From assembly GCA_965206695.1 (NCBI GenBank), contig CBDBKM010000010.1, forward strand, positions 192,001 to 256,000: 64,000 bases of DNA. The letters are read 5' to 3'. The position numbers and the translations under genes are program-made. Below, in pieces: positions 53,223 to 63,635 of this stretch (within the stretch, counting starts at the first letter, position 1; every line of letters begins with the position of its first letter). This stretch comes from Chlamydiales bacterium. Its GTDB lineage: Bacteria > Chlamydiota > Chlamydiia > Chlamydiales > JAAZZY01. Below the pieces are notes generated by a model, which had not been told where the DNA came from, did not search any database, and saw nothing but the letters and a program-made list of their open reading frames with translations.

Positions 53223-54371
53223 TTAGTATAGTTGTTTGATCATTTTGTCCAATTCTGTTTTATTTTCATGAATAATTTGATGTCCATAATTATTAAGATG
53301 GATAAGATTTTTTTTAGATAAATCAAAAACGCCTTCAGATTCTTTATCTATAGGTATGTCTAAGAATAGATATTTAAGAATAGGAAGTTGATGGAGGTTG
53401 TAAAGTTCGTTAAAGCGAGCAGAGGTATTGCTTGAAGAGGCGGAAAGACTTAAAGTAATAAGGTCTTTTTCCCATTGGAACTCTCCCCAATGCGCAGATT
53501 GTTTTTCTGAAATACTAGGGATATGATTACCTGTTCCTAGTGAAAGGATAACCACCTCTTTATTAGGATAGAGTCGTAACGCTTCTAATAGGCCCAAAAA
53601 AACCGGATTGTTAGCATATAGTATAGCTCCTAAAATAGTATGAGTCTCTTCTTTGTCTACACTCTTAACTGTAACCGGAGGAAAGAATGCCGGGGCAGAA
53701 GAAACCCCTGCTAACACCTCATCAATGTAAAAATTTCTCATAAAATACAGAGGCCAACCACGACTTCGAAAAAGAAACGGTTGTCTTGAAGAAATAGCAT
53801 AAGAAGGGAGGATGACTCTATTTTTTAATTCGGCCATACTTAAAGGATAGAATAATTTATGAAATTCTATTAATAGCTTTTCCGGATTAAATAGAGGGCC
53901 TATTAATCCATTGATTGTAAGAAATCGATGGATGAAAGAAATGGTAAAAATATTTTTCCCTGTTTTTTCAAAATTATTTAAGAGATCAACAGCTCGAAAT
54001 TTATAGTTGTTGTCTTTATCAGGCGTTGATAGAGCTACAGCAATGATTCCTCCTGAAGAAGAGCCGACAATAATATCGAATAATTCACCAATTCTTTTTC
54101 CTGACTTTTCTTCGATATATATAAGTACATGAAGAGGGATTAGAGTTCGTACACCGCCCCCATTAATCGATAAAATGCGCACGTAGTCTTTTTTTAAGGG
54201 TTCAGGTTCCGGAGATAAATGAAGAGGTGCTGTGATGCTCACGCGTTCTTTGATATACCGCGTTTGACTATATAGGAAGAATTGGTGAATGATAATAAGT
54301 AAGGCCAATAGAAGAATGACCCATATTATTAGCCGGATTGTAAAATAAAAATAAAATCGCTTTCTTCTCAT
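53223..54371 (-). CDS. Patatin-like protein with N-terminal TM; catalytic Asp absent
   Basis: NGGGVRT, GSSSG, SAPAFFPP, LGAILYANNP and LSLGTG motifs. Confidence 0.85.
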   Translation of the reverse strand: MRRKRFYFYFTIRLIIWVILLLALLIIIHQFFLYSQTRYIKERVSITAPLHLSPEPEPLKKDYVRILSINGGGVRTLIPLHVLIYIEEKSGKRIGELFDIIVGSSSGGIIAVALSTPDKDNNYKFRAVDLLNNFEKTGKNIFTISFIHRFLTINGLIGPLFNPEKLLIEFHKLFYPLSMAELKNRVILPSYAISSRQPFLFRSRGWPLYFMRNFYIDEVLAGVSSAPAFFPPVTVKSVDKEETHTILGAILYANNPVFLGLLEALRLYPNKEVVILSLGTGNHIPSISEKQSAHWGEFQWEKDLITLSLSASSSNTSARFNELYNLHQLPILKYLFLDIPIDKESEGVFDLSKKNLIHLNNYGHQIIHENKTELDKMIKQLY

Positions 54372-54385
54372 TTGATTACTATATG

Positions 54386-55540
54386 CTAATATAAATAATG
54401 CAGAAAATCATTTACTTCTCTCTCATGTTGTAAAATCATCCGATGTCCATATCTATTTAATAAAACGAAATTATCCTCAGATGTATCGTGAAAATGTTCA
54501 TTAAGCTCGTCAATGGGAACATTCAATCGTAAGTAATTAATAATAGATAGATGTTCAAATTGCTTGTAATCTCTAATAATAAGATCGGTTATTTCGCTTG
54601 TACCTGTAAATGTAACATTCAGAAGTTGTGATCCCCATTGTAGAAATCCCCAAAGCTTTGATTCTTCAGGGGGAATAACCGGAACATTACTTCCTGTTCC
54701 TAAGGATAAAATAACAAATTTCTTATTAGGATATAACTTATGACCTTCTAATAATCCAAGGAGGCAGGGATTATTGTTAAATAGTCCTGCATCTAATAAA
54801 GCCATTGATTTTTTTTTATCTAAACCGGTGAGTAATGTAGGAGGATAAAAAGTAGGAGATGCCGTCGCTCCCATTAAAACATCGGTTAAATAATAATTCG
54901 GTTCATCTGAAGAGATTTGATTATTAAAAAGTACAAGGGATCTTGTCTTAAGATCATAGGCAGGGATGAAGACATTATTTAAAAGGCGATTTAAAGTAAG
55001 GTCGTGGAAGATATGCTTATACATTCTTCTTTTAAAGCGTGGAAGAAATTCAGGACCGATGAATCCATTTAAAGTAAATAGTTTGTGGTATACAGGGTTA
55101 TGGAAGCTCTCACTCATAATAGTTTGATATCCTTTTAGGACGTCTTTGGCCGTATATTTAGGAGATCCATTTTCGTCCGGGATAGTAAGAATAGCTGCAA
55201 TGAAACCACCGGTGGTCACCCCTGTTATAATGTCAAATAGTTCGCTAATTGGTTTTCCGCTTTTTTCTTCTAAATAGACGAGGGCATGTAAGCTTATAAT
55301 ATTCCTGACACCACCTCCATCGATACTTAAAATTCGAACGTACTCGCTTTTATCTGATTTTAGAGCCAGAAACACATTATCTGTCATATTTAATGAAGAT
55401 TTAGGAATGGCCTCATTAGGAAGGGCATTGTTAAACTTTACTGTGAAATTATAAATGAGTGATAACATGACAAAGCCTGGAATAACGATACCACAGAGAT
55501 ATAGAATTTTATGTTTAGTAGTTTTAGGCTTTGGTAACAT
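54386..55540 (-). CDS. Patatin-like protein with N-terminal TM; nucleophile Ser replaced by Thr
   Basis: DGGGVRN, GVTTG, LDAGLFNNNP and LSLGTG motifs. Confidence 0.85.
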   Translation of the reverse strand: MLPKPKTTKHKILYLCGIVIPGFVMLSLIYNFTVKFNNALPNEAIPKSSLNMTDNVFLALKSDKSEYVRILSIDGGGVRNIISLHALVYLEEKSGKPISELFDIITGVTTGGFIAAILTIPDENGSPKYTAKDVLKGYQTIMSESFHNPVYHKLFTLNGFIGPEFLPRFKRRMYKHIFHDLTLNRLLNNVFIPAYDLKTRSLVLFNNQISSDEPNYYLTDVLMGATASPTFYPPTLLTGLDKKKSMALLDAGLFNNNPCLLGLLEGHKLYPNKKFVILSLGTGSNVPVIPPEESKLWGFLQWGSQLLNVTFTGTSEITDLIIRDYKQFEHLSIINYLRLNVPIDELNEHFHDTSEDNFVLLNRYGHRMILQHEREVNDFLHYLY

Positions 55541-55616
55541 AATATTTTTTCATAAAGATATAAATCCAATTACTTGGATAGCAATAGTTGAAAGCAAAGA
55601 ATAAAGCCACAAATTT

Positions 55617-57509
55617 TTACATCATTAATTTAGAATTAAAGATAGGAAGGTATTCATTAGCCATATCTAGAATAAATTGATATTTATGTTTATGAGCTAG
55701 AATGGTTTTGGTTTTTTGTTCCATTTGATCGGCTTTTTTGCCTATATATTTATATTGCTCAATTTGTTGCTTCATAATTTTTTTAGCTATAAAATCAATG
55801 GGTTGAAGTAAGTATTTCATCGCCGGTTCATCATAAAGATCCATTTTACAAAGGATCATTTTATTTGTTTCCCATGTCTGAAGAAGATTATATTCATCTG
55901 TTAATGTATCCAACGTCATATGATGTTCATGGATTATTTCTTTTAAAAGCGAAACCGTTGTAGAAAGGCTGGTTGTTAAAGATTGTAGCGTTTGAATAAT
56001 TTGATTCTGATCAATAGATTTCAAAGAAGCATTTTGGATGGCTGAATGAATGAAATTTTTTAAGTGAAAGGTTTTTTGACAATAGATTTTAAGGACTGTT
56101 TTTAAGGGCAGATTAGCAATGTTATCGAAACCCAGACCACCCTCAGTTGCATTGATTAAAGTAATATCAGGGTTTTTTTTAGCAAAATGACTAATCCATT
56201 CTGCTTCTTGAATCCATTTCCATAAAGTTAGAATAGGTTTGTCGTAAATGTCTTTTTTTAAATATACTTTGTTAATACTAATATCTTCATCATTAACATT
56301 TTCCGGCAAGAGAGGATCTTTTGGTAGCATAGTGGAATAGGTTTGTTGATCTGTATATGCAAGGTCGACACCGACTAAAATGATGGGATTACATCCTAAG
56401 GCTTTTGCAATTTCTATAGCAAAGTTAACAACATTATTGCCTTCATCTAAATGATCACCAATAAGTCCAATATTGTGTTCCAACCATGAGGCTAATGGAT
56501 ACCCTCCGGCGCCATTTAAATATAATCGAGGCCCATGGATCATATTCACAGCTTCTTTATGCATTCTTAGTCGATAAAAAAATGGGATATTAAAGACCCA
56601 GTTATTAACTAAAGTTTGATAATGAAAGTGATTAGGGTCTATCCCGACTCCAAAATGAGGAATGACTCCTCCTGACGAGAGAACACTTAAAGAGCTGCCT
56701 CCTGATAAGATCAGTGCATTATCTTTTATTTGTCTTAGTTCTTCCATCTGTTTATTCAGTGAAGGCCCGGCTCCTGTTATTATAGCAGGAATAGCCTTGA
56801 ATTGATTGAATAATTTATTACCGTGATAAGAGGATCGTATATTGTTAAAGTTAGAGATGAAATTCTTGAAAACATTTTTACTGGCACACAGATATTCATA
56901 GGATTTAGTATTTTCATCGATATTTTGATAGATGATGATCTCTTTTAAGGATTCTAATTCTTCCTTGTGATTTTTTTTGTAAGATAAAAGGGCATCCACC
57001 TTTGCCGGAAGTGTCATAAAATAAGTTTTTAGTTCTGCTAATAAGGAGCAATCTTGGAAGACTTTTGAAATGTAGTAAATACGGACTTGGGGATGATCAA
57101 GAATTTCAGTAGCTTTCTTAGTGTTTAGAAAAGCTTTTAATACTTCAATGTCATCTTCCAAAAAAATAAGATGGTGGCGATTTCCCTTTCCCAACCATAT
57201 TTTGGCCGCATCGTAATAATACCCTAAACCGATACCATAAACATATAAAAGTAGAGTATTTTTTAAATTAAGTGTTCGAAACCATTGCAGAGCTTCTTCA
57301 GAGGCGCTTTTTTGACAATGTAGCAAAAAGAAATTTGTACGGTGTCTTTTTAGTAAATTTAATTCATTTGCTTCCGTTAGCGTTACGGGGTAGGAAGTAG
57401 TTGATGTTTTTAAAATGGCAAGGGCAGTTTCAGGTTGAAGGATTTTAAGTTTTTCATAATTTCCATCAAATTGACTTAGGGGTTCATTCGTCATCATCAT
57501 TCTCTTCAT
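55617..57509 (-). CDS. Maf (motility-associated factor, DUF115) family putative glycosyltransferase
   Basis: YGIGLGYY, PAIITGAGPSL, LGCNPIILVGVDLAY and INATEGG motifs. Confidence 0.8.
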   Translation of the reverse strand: MKRMMMTNEPLSQFDGNYEKLKILQPETALAILKTSTTSYPVTLTEANELNLLKRHRTNFFLLHCQKSASEEALQWFRTLNLKNTLLLYVYGIGLGYYYDAAKIWLGKGNRHHLIFLEDDIEVLKAFLNTKKATEILDHPQVRIYYISKVFQDCSLLAELKTYFMTLPAKVDALLSYKKNHKEELESLKEIIIYQNIDENTKSYEYLCASKNVFKNFISNFNNIRSSYHGNKLFNQFKAIPAIITGAGPSLNKQMEELRQIKDNALILSGGSSLSVLSSGGVIPHFGVGIDPNHFHYQTLVNNWVFNIPFFYRLRMHKEAVNMIHGPRLYLNGAGGYPLASWLEHNIGLIGDHLDEGNNVVNFAIEIAKALGCNPIILVGVDLAYTDQQTYSTMLPKDPLLPENVNDEDISINKVYLKKDIYDKPILTLWKWIQEAEWISHFAKKNPDITLINATEGGLGFDNIANLPLKTVLKIYCQKTFHLKNFIHSAIQNASLKSIDQNQIIQTLQSLTTSLSTTVSLLKEIIHEHHMTLDTLTDEYNLLQTWETNKMILCKMDLYDEPAMKYLLQPIDFIAKKIMKQQIEQYKYIGKKADQMEQKTKTILAHKHKYQFILDMANEYLPIFNSKLMM

Positions 57510-58374
57510 AGATCATTTCTTTTCCATTCCAGGTAGCAATCTCGGTTTTAACAAGCTTATTTGTTTCGTATTTGTATATGGTATAGGTGTTATTGGAAGG
57601 ATCGAATTTCTTTTCTTCAATTAAATGACCTTTTCTATCCCATTTTTTTGCATTAGAATAATTCGGAAGCTCAGTGAAATATCTAACTTCTGCTAACTTT
57701 TTATTGGGATGCCATTTTTTTAAATGTTTATAAGGAATATGACCATGGTAATATCCCTCTTCAATTAAAAGACCTTTCGGATCCCATTGACAGTCTTTTC
57801 CCTCTCGTAGTTTATTTTCAAAGTAGATTTCCCTTTTTAATTGTTTATTTGGATGATACAGACGAACAAAACCATCTAAGAAGCCATCTTTATAAAACAT
57901 AGACGATTTTAATGCGCCATTATCATAGTAATACAGTTGCTTGCCGGTGAGGGTCCCTTCTTTATAATACCGGACACTATATAGATGTCCATTTAAATAA
58001 TATTGGGTGGCCTTACCTGTTTCAGATCCTTCGATATACCAGGTTTTTGATAAGAGAGTTCCATCTTCAGCAAAAAAAGTTGAAGGACCGTGTAAAATTG
58101 AATTCTTATAAAAACATTCGGATTTGATCCGACCGCTTAGGTGATACATCAAACATTGACCATTTTGGGTTCCGTCTTTTAAGAGATAAACTAACGTTAT
58201 TCTCTGATTGTCATCTTTTTCAAGATAAATCACATAGCCATTTTCTACTATTTTCTCATCCAAATTTTTCGGTATAAGCTGAGAGTTAAAAGGAGTCGAA
58301 ATTTTCAGATCGAGTTTCGGCTCAACGATAAGGATGGTATTATTTTCGATTTTATAAATTTCTTTTTCATTCAT
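57484..58374 (-). CDS. MORN-variant repeat protein (YwqK-like)
   Basis: Repeated YY.NG.L...YK.G...G units. Confidence 0.8.
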   Translation of the reverse strand: MNEKEIYKIENNTILIVEPKLDLKISTPFNSQLIPKNLDEKIVENGYVIYLEKDDNQRITLVYLLKDGTQNGQCLMYHLSGRIKSECFYKNSILHGPSTFFAEDGTLLSKTWYIEGSETGKATQYYLNGHLYSVRYYKEGTLTGKQLYYYDNGALKSSMFYKDGFLDGFVRLYHPNKQLKREIYFENKLREGKDCQWDPKGLLIEEGYYHGHIPYKHLKKWHPNKKLAEVRYFTELPNYSNAKKWDRKGHLIEEKKFDPSNNTYTIYKYETNKLVKTEIATWNGKEMIYEENDDDE

Positions 58375-58381
58375 TTTTTAA

Positions 58382-60259
58382 TCAATTATTTTGTATATTA
58401 TCTTCAAATATCTCTGCATACCTTTTCGCTCCAAAACCGGCATGGAGAAACTGTTGATGTAAAGACTTCCATTTAAGTAATTGTGCTATTTTTTTAAAGT
58501 TAGATAGAGGAAGGTATCTAGCAGAGCGGGATTCTTTTTTTACATACATCGAAAAAACAAGATGGATGTGGTACATCATGTTTTTATAAGCAAGTTCATT
58601 TTTTAAAAGAGCCTCAAAATGGAATAATTTTTTTGTTCTAAGCTTTTCCGATAAATCTTTTTCTTTGTCAATCAGTGTATAAATGTGATCAAATTCTTTT
58701 AGTATTTTTTGATAATATTTATCACAAGATTTTAAACTTTTGAGAAATTGCTTAAAGTAATGATAGATTTGTTGTTTACTGATATTGGAAATCTTTGTAT
58801 TGAGAATTTCTGAATGTATTAGCTGGTTTATTGGATAACTTTTTTTAAGGTGTTGTTTTGTCGCCTCTTCAAGGGAGATATTCGGTGCTCCGTTTATACC
58901 AAGGCCTCCTTCAGTGGCGTTAATAAAACAACGATCATCTCTTTTTTTTATAAACCTAGAAAGCAGGCAAGATTCACTATGCCAATGTCTATTGGTATAA
59001 ATGGGGTTTTGGAAAATATCCTTTTTTAAAAGACGGTTATCCATAATCATCTGTTCATCTTTTGGGAGGGGGCCTACTCGCACACCTGAGGTATATCGCT
59101 GCATGTTCGTATAAGCTAAATCTAATCCAAGGTAAATAATAGGGTTGCATCCTAAAAGTGTAGCTAATTGAGTCGTAAAGCAAGTAACACTAAATCCCTC
59201 TTCTAAAGGCTCTTCATCGATATTAAATTTTTTTTCTAGCCAAGTTGCTATTTCATAGTTTGTTAAACCATTGATATAAAGTTTTGGACTCTGGATACAA
59301 GGAGGTAAGCGATGAAAGGTTCTAGAAGAATAGAAAACCGGAACTTCAAAATTTGTTGTACCCAAAAATCTTTCATAGACTCTTTCTTTGGTGTCAATAT
59401 AAGTGCTAAAGTGAGGTTGAATACCTTTAGCTGTAAGGGCATTTAAGGCCGAGCTAGCCGCAAAGATGATAGCATTTGAAGTTAGATTTTTTAATTGGTC
59501 GATATTTTTTTCCAATGAAGGACCTGCGCCACAAATAATTGCGGGAATCTGATTAAATTTACCAAAAAGATGATTGCCTCGATAGGCTTCCGGAATGAAA
59601 AAAGCATTTCTGATATAGTTCGATATTACGGTATCGTCAAATGTTAAAAACCGAGCTATAAGACTGTGAGCATCTGTCCAGCTTTCTTGCATTACTTCAT
59701 TTATAGACTCGAATAAATCAGGATATTGTTTTAAGTAAGAGGGAAGAGCTGAAATTTTGATGCGGCGAGGCGCATATAAAGCTCCCTCCTTTTCAAGAGC
59801 GTTTCGCCCTTCGGAATTATTTTTAAAATAAAAAAATTCGACCTTAGGGTTTTGAATAATATTCCTTCCCGTTTCTGTTTGTAATAGGCAGGAAAAAATA
59901 GCAGGGTCATTTTCAATAAAAACTAAGCTATGGGCAGCATTGTCATTAAGCCAAGCCTCTAAGGCATTATAAAAATAACCTATTCCGGAGCCAAAAAGGT
60001 AGAGAGTTTTAATTTTTTCTTCTTTTAAAGAAAGTGTTGCTACAAATTCAACAGCTTCTTTGGCTGCTCCCTCTTCTGAATGTAAAAAAAATGATCGGCC
60101 ATTTTTTTCGTATTGCAGATTTAATTCATCTTTTTCTGTTTTGACAAATTTTAAGTGCCTCGGCTCTCCTTTTTCTAAAATGACTTTTACTAATTCAGGA
60201 TCCAATCGTTCAAGACTTTCCAGATTCTGTTTGAGTAACTGAGGGTTAATAAATTGCAT
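58382..60259 (-). CDS. Maf (DUF115) family putative glycosyltransferase, paralog
   Basis: FGSGIGYF, PAIICGAGPSL, LGCNPIIYLGLDLAY and INATEGG motifs. Confidence 0.8.
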   Translation of the reverse strand: MQFINPQLLKQNLESLERLDPELVKVILEKGEPRHLKFVKTEKDELNLQYEKNGRSFFLHSEEGAAKEAVEFVATLSLKEEKIKTLYLFGSGIGYFYNALEAWLNDNAAHSLVFIENDPAIFSCLLQTETGRNIIQNPKVEFFYFKNNSEGRNALEKEGALYAPRRIKISALPSYLKQYPDLFESINEVMQESWTDAHSLIARFLTFDDTVISNYIRNAFFIPEAYRGNHLFGKFNQIPAIICGAGPSLEKNIDQLKNLTSNAIIFAASSALNALTAKGIQPHFSTYIDTKERVYERFLGTTNFEVPVFYSSRTFHRLPPCIQSPKLYINGLTNYEIATWLEKKFNIDEEPLEEGFSVTCFTTQLATLLGCNPIIYLGLDLAYTNMQRYTSGVRVGPLPKDEQMIMDNRLLKKDIFQNPIYTNRHWHSESCLLSRFIKKRDDRCFINATEGGLGINGAPNISLEEATKQHLKKSYPINQLIHSEILNTKISNISKQQIYHYFKQFLKSLKSCDKYYQKILKEFDHIYTLIDKEKDLSEKLRTKKLFHFEALLKNELAYKNMMYHIHLVFSMYVKKESRSARYLPLSNFKKIAQLLKWKSLHQQFLHAGFGAKRYAEIFEDNIQNN

Positions 60260-60280
60260 GTTGTGGCCGTGTTTATTTAT

Positions 60281-60565
60281 GACAATTAAGCGAAAAAACC
60301 CTTTTCTTTAGCATTGGGATGAAAGCGTTTATTTGTTTTTTTAATTTTGTATGTACTTTCTAATTGTATATTCATTTAGTTTTCCCACATTATCAATATA
60401 ATACGATCTTGTCTATAATGTAGATAATCGAGATTTTAAACTTGAGAATTCTTGTCTTAACAAGCGACTACCGGATCCTTTAAGTTGACCAATTGCAAGC
60501 TGTGAAGATTGAATGGGTTGAATCTTGATAAACATATGTACATGGTCAGGTATAATATCAAGTTC
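60281..60565 (-). pseudogene. IS200/IS605 tnpA 3' remnant with the element's left end
   Basis: TTAT|GACAATTAAGCG end; IPDHVHMF...GQLKG...RQEF. Confidence 0.8.
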
Positions 60566-61070
60566 TTTAATAAATTGTGTCTGTTTCTCTAAGTCAAGCC
60601 TACCGGGGACATTAATAGGACTTTTGAAAATAAAGTGGTGATGCTTTAGCCAAGATGTCATCCCTCCTGTGCTGTAGGAAATTTTATATTATTTTAAGAC
60701 GGATGCACATACATCCTTAATCCTTCTATTTAAGTGTATTGAGAAAGATGTTTCACCGACTCTTTTGTTTGCCGTTTGGATAATTTACCGGCTGATCCTC
60801 CCTTGGTATCATGCTGAGTTTTTCCTTCTGATTGAAATTTCATCAAATACTTATAAACACTCGAGCGGCTTAAGCGCAGAACATGAGCAATGAGGTCATG
60901 CCCCAGCCGTCATCTCGTGCGAGAAGCACACGCAAACGCTTATGTTCATTTGTATCACGGTTTTTTTACCTGAAATTCAAAAGTGCTTCTTTGATGTGAA
61001 GTTAACTAATTCATATCAACACTAATATCGTATTTATACTTTTTTGTGTGCCTTTCAGTAGCAAAGAGTA
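60566..61070 (-). pseudogene. Degraded IS630-family 5' fragment related to 30169-31009
   Basis: TATACTC end; reads LRVLLARDDGW...GGSAGKLS...GMTSWLKHH with stops. Confidence 0.7.
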
Positions 61071-61531
61071 TAGATTGGGGCATTTTCAAATACTTCCTAT
61101 TTTTCGCACTTCGATGTTGAAAGGGTGGCAGATTATTTGTCAAAATTAAAAATATAATATAATCTATTAATTTAAAAATAAATTAAACATAATTTAATTT
61201 CATCAACCATTATTTATTTTTAATTTAACGTGTCGAATCTTAATGTTTTATTTATAAACCAGCTGTATAATATTTTTTATAGCAAGAATATAGATTATAA
61301 AGTCTGCCATTATTTCAAATATGAAAAATATTTTGGTTATGGGTTGAAACTTACGCGCAAAACTTTTTTATAAATGAGGTAATAAAATAGATGCAGTTAA
61401 CAATAAAATATTTTTCCCTGAAGATACTGTAATAAGTAACATGTCAGATTCATCTGATATCATAAATCAATCCGATGAAGAAGGTCAATCATATCATACC
61501 AATGGCGATGTATATAAATTCATTAAATATA

Positions 61532-61666
61532 ATTCTCCGGACTTAAATCCTATAGAAAGATATTGGGCTAATATGAAAAATAAAGTTAGAGATATTACGA
61601 AAAGTTACGAATTTTAAATTCGCCATTGATCAAGCAATATTATCAATATAAAATTAAACGATTATA
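61532..61666 (+). repeat. 3'-end remnant of the 935-bp IS630
   Basis: TTCTCCGGACTTAAATCCTATAG...AAAATTAAACGATTATA matches about 10243-10377. Confidence 0.85.
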
Positions 61667-62106
61667 ACAGTGCCAAGCAACTACTTTTTCGGTTTTAATA
61701 ACTGCAAATGGAATGTCTTGGCAGTTAAATACGTATGCGTAAAATATTATTTTTTTGAATAGCATCGGGATATTCTTTTTATAGAGATGATGATAGAGCT
61801 GTAGAATCTTTACCTCCACAGCTAGAATCGACAATTTTTCTTCCTTCAACTATTTATAAAAACCTATTTCTTAATAAAAAATTTAAACATAAAAGTTACT
61901 CTAGTTAATAGATCGCAATATAAAACAAGAAATCTATTATGACTATTTTTAATAATATGCAGCCACAAGTAATTATCATTCCTTTGCAGGAAAAAACATA
62001 TCCAAGACTTGTAATTCTTGACAGCTCCCAACCCCTAAAGGGAAGGGATTCCTAATTCATCGACCACTGCTAACAAACAAGCTAGTCTAACATGATCTCC
62101 AAAGGC

Positions 62107-63210
62107 TTACATTACCGACTGCCCTGCGGTATCGAGATTAATAGATGCATTAAGATCTCTATCGTGTGTTACTTTGCAGTTTGGACACTGCCAACTTCTC
62201 ACACTTAAATCTAAAATTTCTATTTGGTACCGGCAGGCAGAGCATAGTTTTGAACTAGCAAAAAATTGATCTAATTCCACTATATTTCTTCCGTACCATT
62301 CACACTTATACTTTAAAAATGTTAAAAACCGGCTCCATCCTGCATCCGATATATGCTTAGAAAGTTTTTTATTTTTTAACATCTTATTAATATTTAACCC
62401 TTCTATCGTGATCGTTTGGTTTTCACGAGCCAACTTTGTAGAAAGTTTATGATGAAAGTCCTGCCTTATATTTTTTATCTTCGAATGTATCGAAGCCACC
62501 GATCTTCTTTTTTTGAGTCTGTTTTTACCTTTGACTTTAGCTTTGCTAAGAGAACGTTGTTTTCTTTTTAGTCTTTTCTTATGAAATCTAAAAGGTTTAG
62601 GTGCCGTAATCTTTTTCCCTGTAGAAAGAGTTGCGAATGTCGTTAATCCTAAATCTATACCGACAGAATTATTTCTCTTCTCAAAAGGGATCACTTCTTC
62701 TTCTACTAATAGGCTCACAAAATACCTGTCACAAGAGTCTTTTGTGATTGTTATACCTGTTGGTATACCTAAAAAACACCTTGACCAATGTATTTTTAAT
62801 CTGTCTTTAGATTTTGCAATCTTAAGATTAACCCCATCCCAACTAAATGCTGACTTAGTTAATCGTATTGCCTGCGTACTGTGTTTGTTTTTAAAGCGAG
62901 GGAAATTTGACCTTTTTTTAAAAAAGTTTAAAAAAGCTCTATCAAGATCTCTAAGACTTTGTTGCAGACAAACAGAAGAAACTTCGTTTAACCAAAGAAA
63001 CTCTTTGTTTTGCTTAAGACTTGTCAAGAATGCCGATGTTTTAGAATAACTTACATTCTCTTTGTATTCCTGATATTTCTTGATCTTAAAATTTAAAGCT
63101 TGATTATATACAACTCCGGAACATCCAAAGCTTTTTGTAAGCAACTCCTTTTGTTTTTTCGTTGGATAGAATCTGAATTTATATGCTTTTTTGATCATCA
63201 TGTATTGCAT
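62107..63210 (-). CDS. tnpB: RNA-guided endonuclease TnpB, intact
   Basis: KAYKFRFYPT, GIDLG, IEGL, C4 zinc finger and DRDLNAS motifs. Confidence 0.93.
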   Translation of the reverse strand: MQYMMIKKAYKFRFYPTKKQKELLTKSFGCSGVVYNQALNFKIKKYQEYKENVSYSKTSAFLTSLKQNKEFLWLNEVSSVCLQQSLRDLDRAFLNFFKKRSNFPRFKNKHSTQAIRLTKSAFSWDGVNLKIAKSKDRLKIHWSRCFLGIPTGITITKDSCDRYFVSLLVEEEVIPFEKRNNSVGIDLGLTTFATLSTGKKITAPKPFRFHKKRLKRKQRSLSKAKVKGKNRLKKRRSVASIHSKIKNIRQDFHHKLSTKLARENQTITIEGLNINKMLKNKKLSKHISDAGWSRFLTFLKYKCEWYGRNIVELDQFFASSKLCSACRYQIEILDLSVRSWQCPNCKVTHDRDLNASINLDTAGQSVM

Positions 63211-63224
63211 TATATGTCCGGTAC

Positions 63225-63635
63225 ATATATATTGTCTATCCGGAAAGACGGAAAACCTCTAAAACAGCAGTTTTTAACCTTAGTTACCATGTTATTTGGT
63301 GTCCTAAATATAGGAGAAAGGTTCTTGAAGGTGATATTGTTGTTCGTTTAAAGGAATTATTAGAATTAAAAGCTCTACAACTAAATATAGAGATTCACGA
63401 ACTGAATATTATGCCTGATCACGTACATATTTTTTTAAATACCAAGCCTATATATTCGCCACAATTTTTCATAGGACAACTTAAGGGATATACAAGCCGA
63501 ATATTAAGGCAAGAATTTTCAAGCTTAAGATCCGGGTTACCCACACTGTGGACACGGTCTTATTATGTTGATAGTGTTGGAAAATTAAATGAATATACAA
63601 TCAGCAAGTATATACGGAATCAAAAAAACAAATAG
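63225..63635 (+). CDS. tnpA: IS200-type Y1 transposase TnpA (no canonical start seen)
   Basis: YHVIWCPKYRR, PDHVH, LWTRSYY and YIRNQ in one frame. Confidence 0.85.
   Translation: MYIVYPERRKTSKTAVFNLSYHVIWCPKYRRKVLEGDIVVRLKELLELKALQLNIEIHELNIMPDHVHIFLNTKPIYSPQFFIGQLKGYTSRILRQEFSSLRSGLPTLWTRSYYVDSVGKLNEYTISKYIRNQKNK

Noticed and set aside
53223..55540. Patatins as CBASS CapV-type defence effectors
   Set aside because: No CD-NTase or other defence gene nearby; TM anchors and degenerate active sites do not fit.
57484..58374. YwqK-like antitoxin of a toxin-antitoxin pair
   Set aside because: No adjacent toxin; MORN repeats are generic.
60413..60661. 82-aa ORF that looks like a novel fusion
   Set aside because: Chance in-frame junction of an IS630 remnant and a tnpA remnant.
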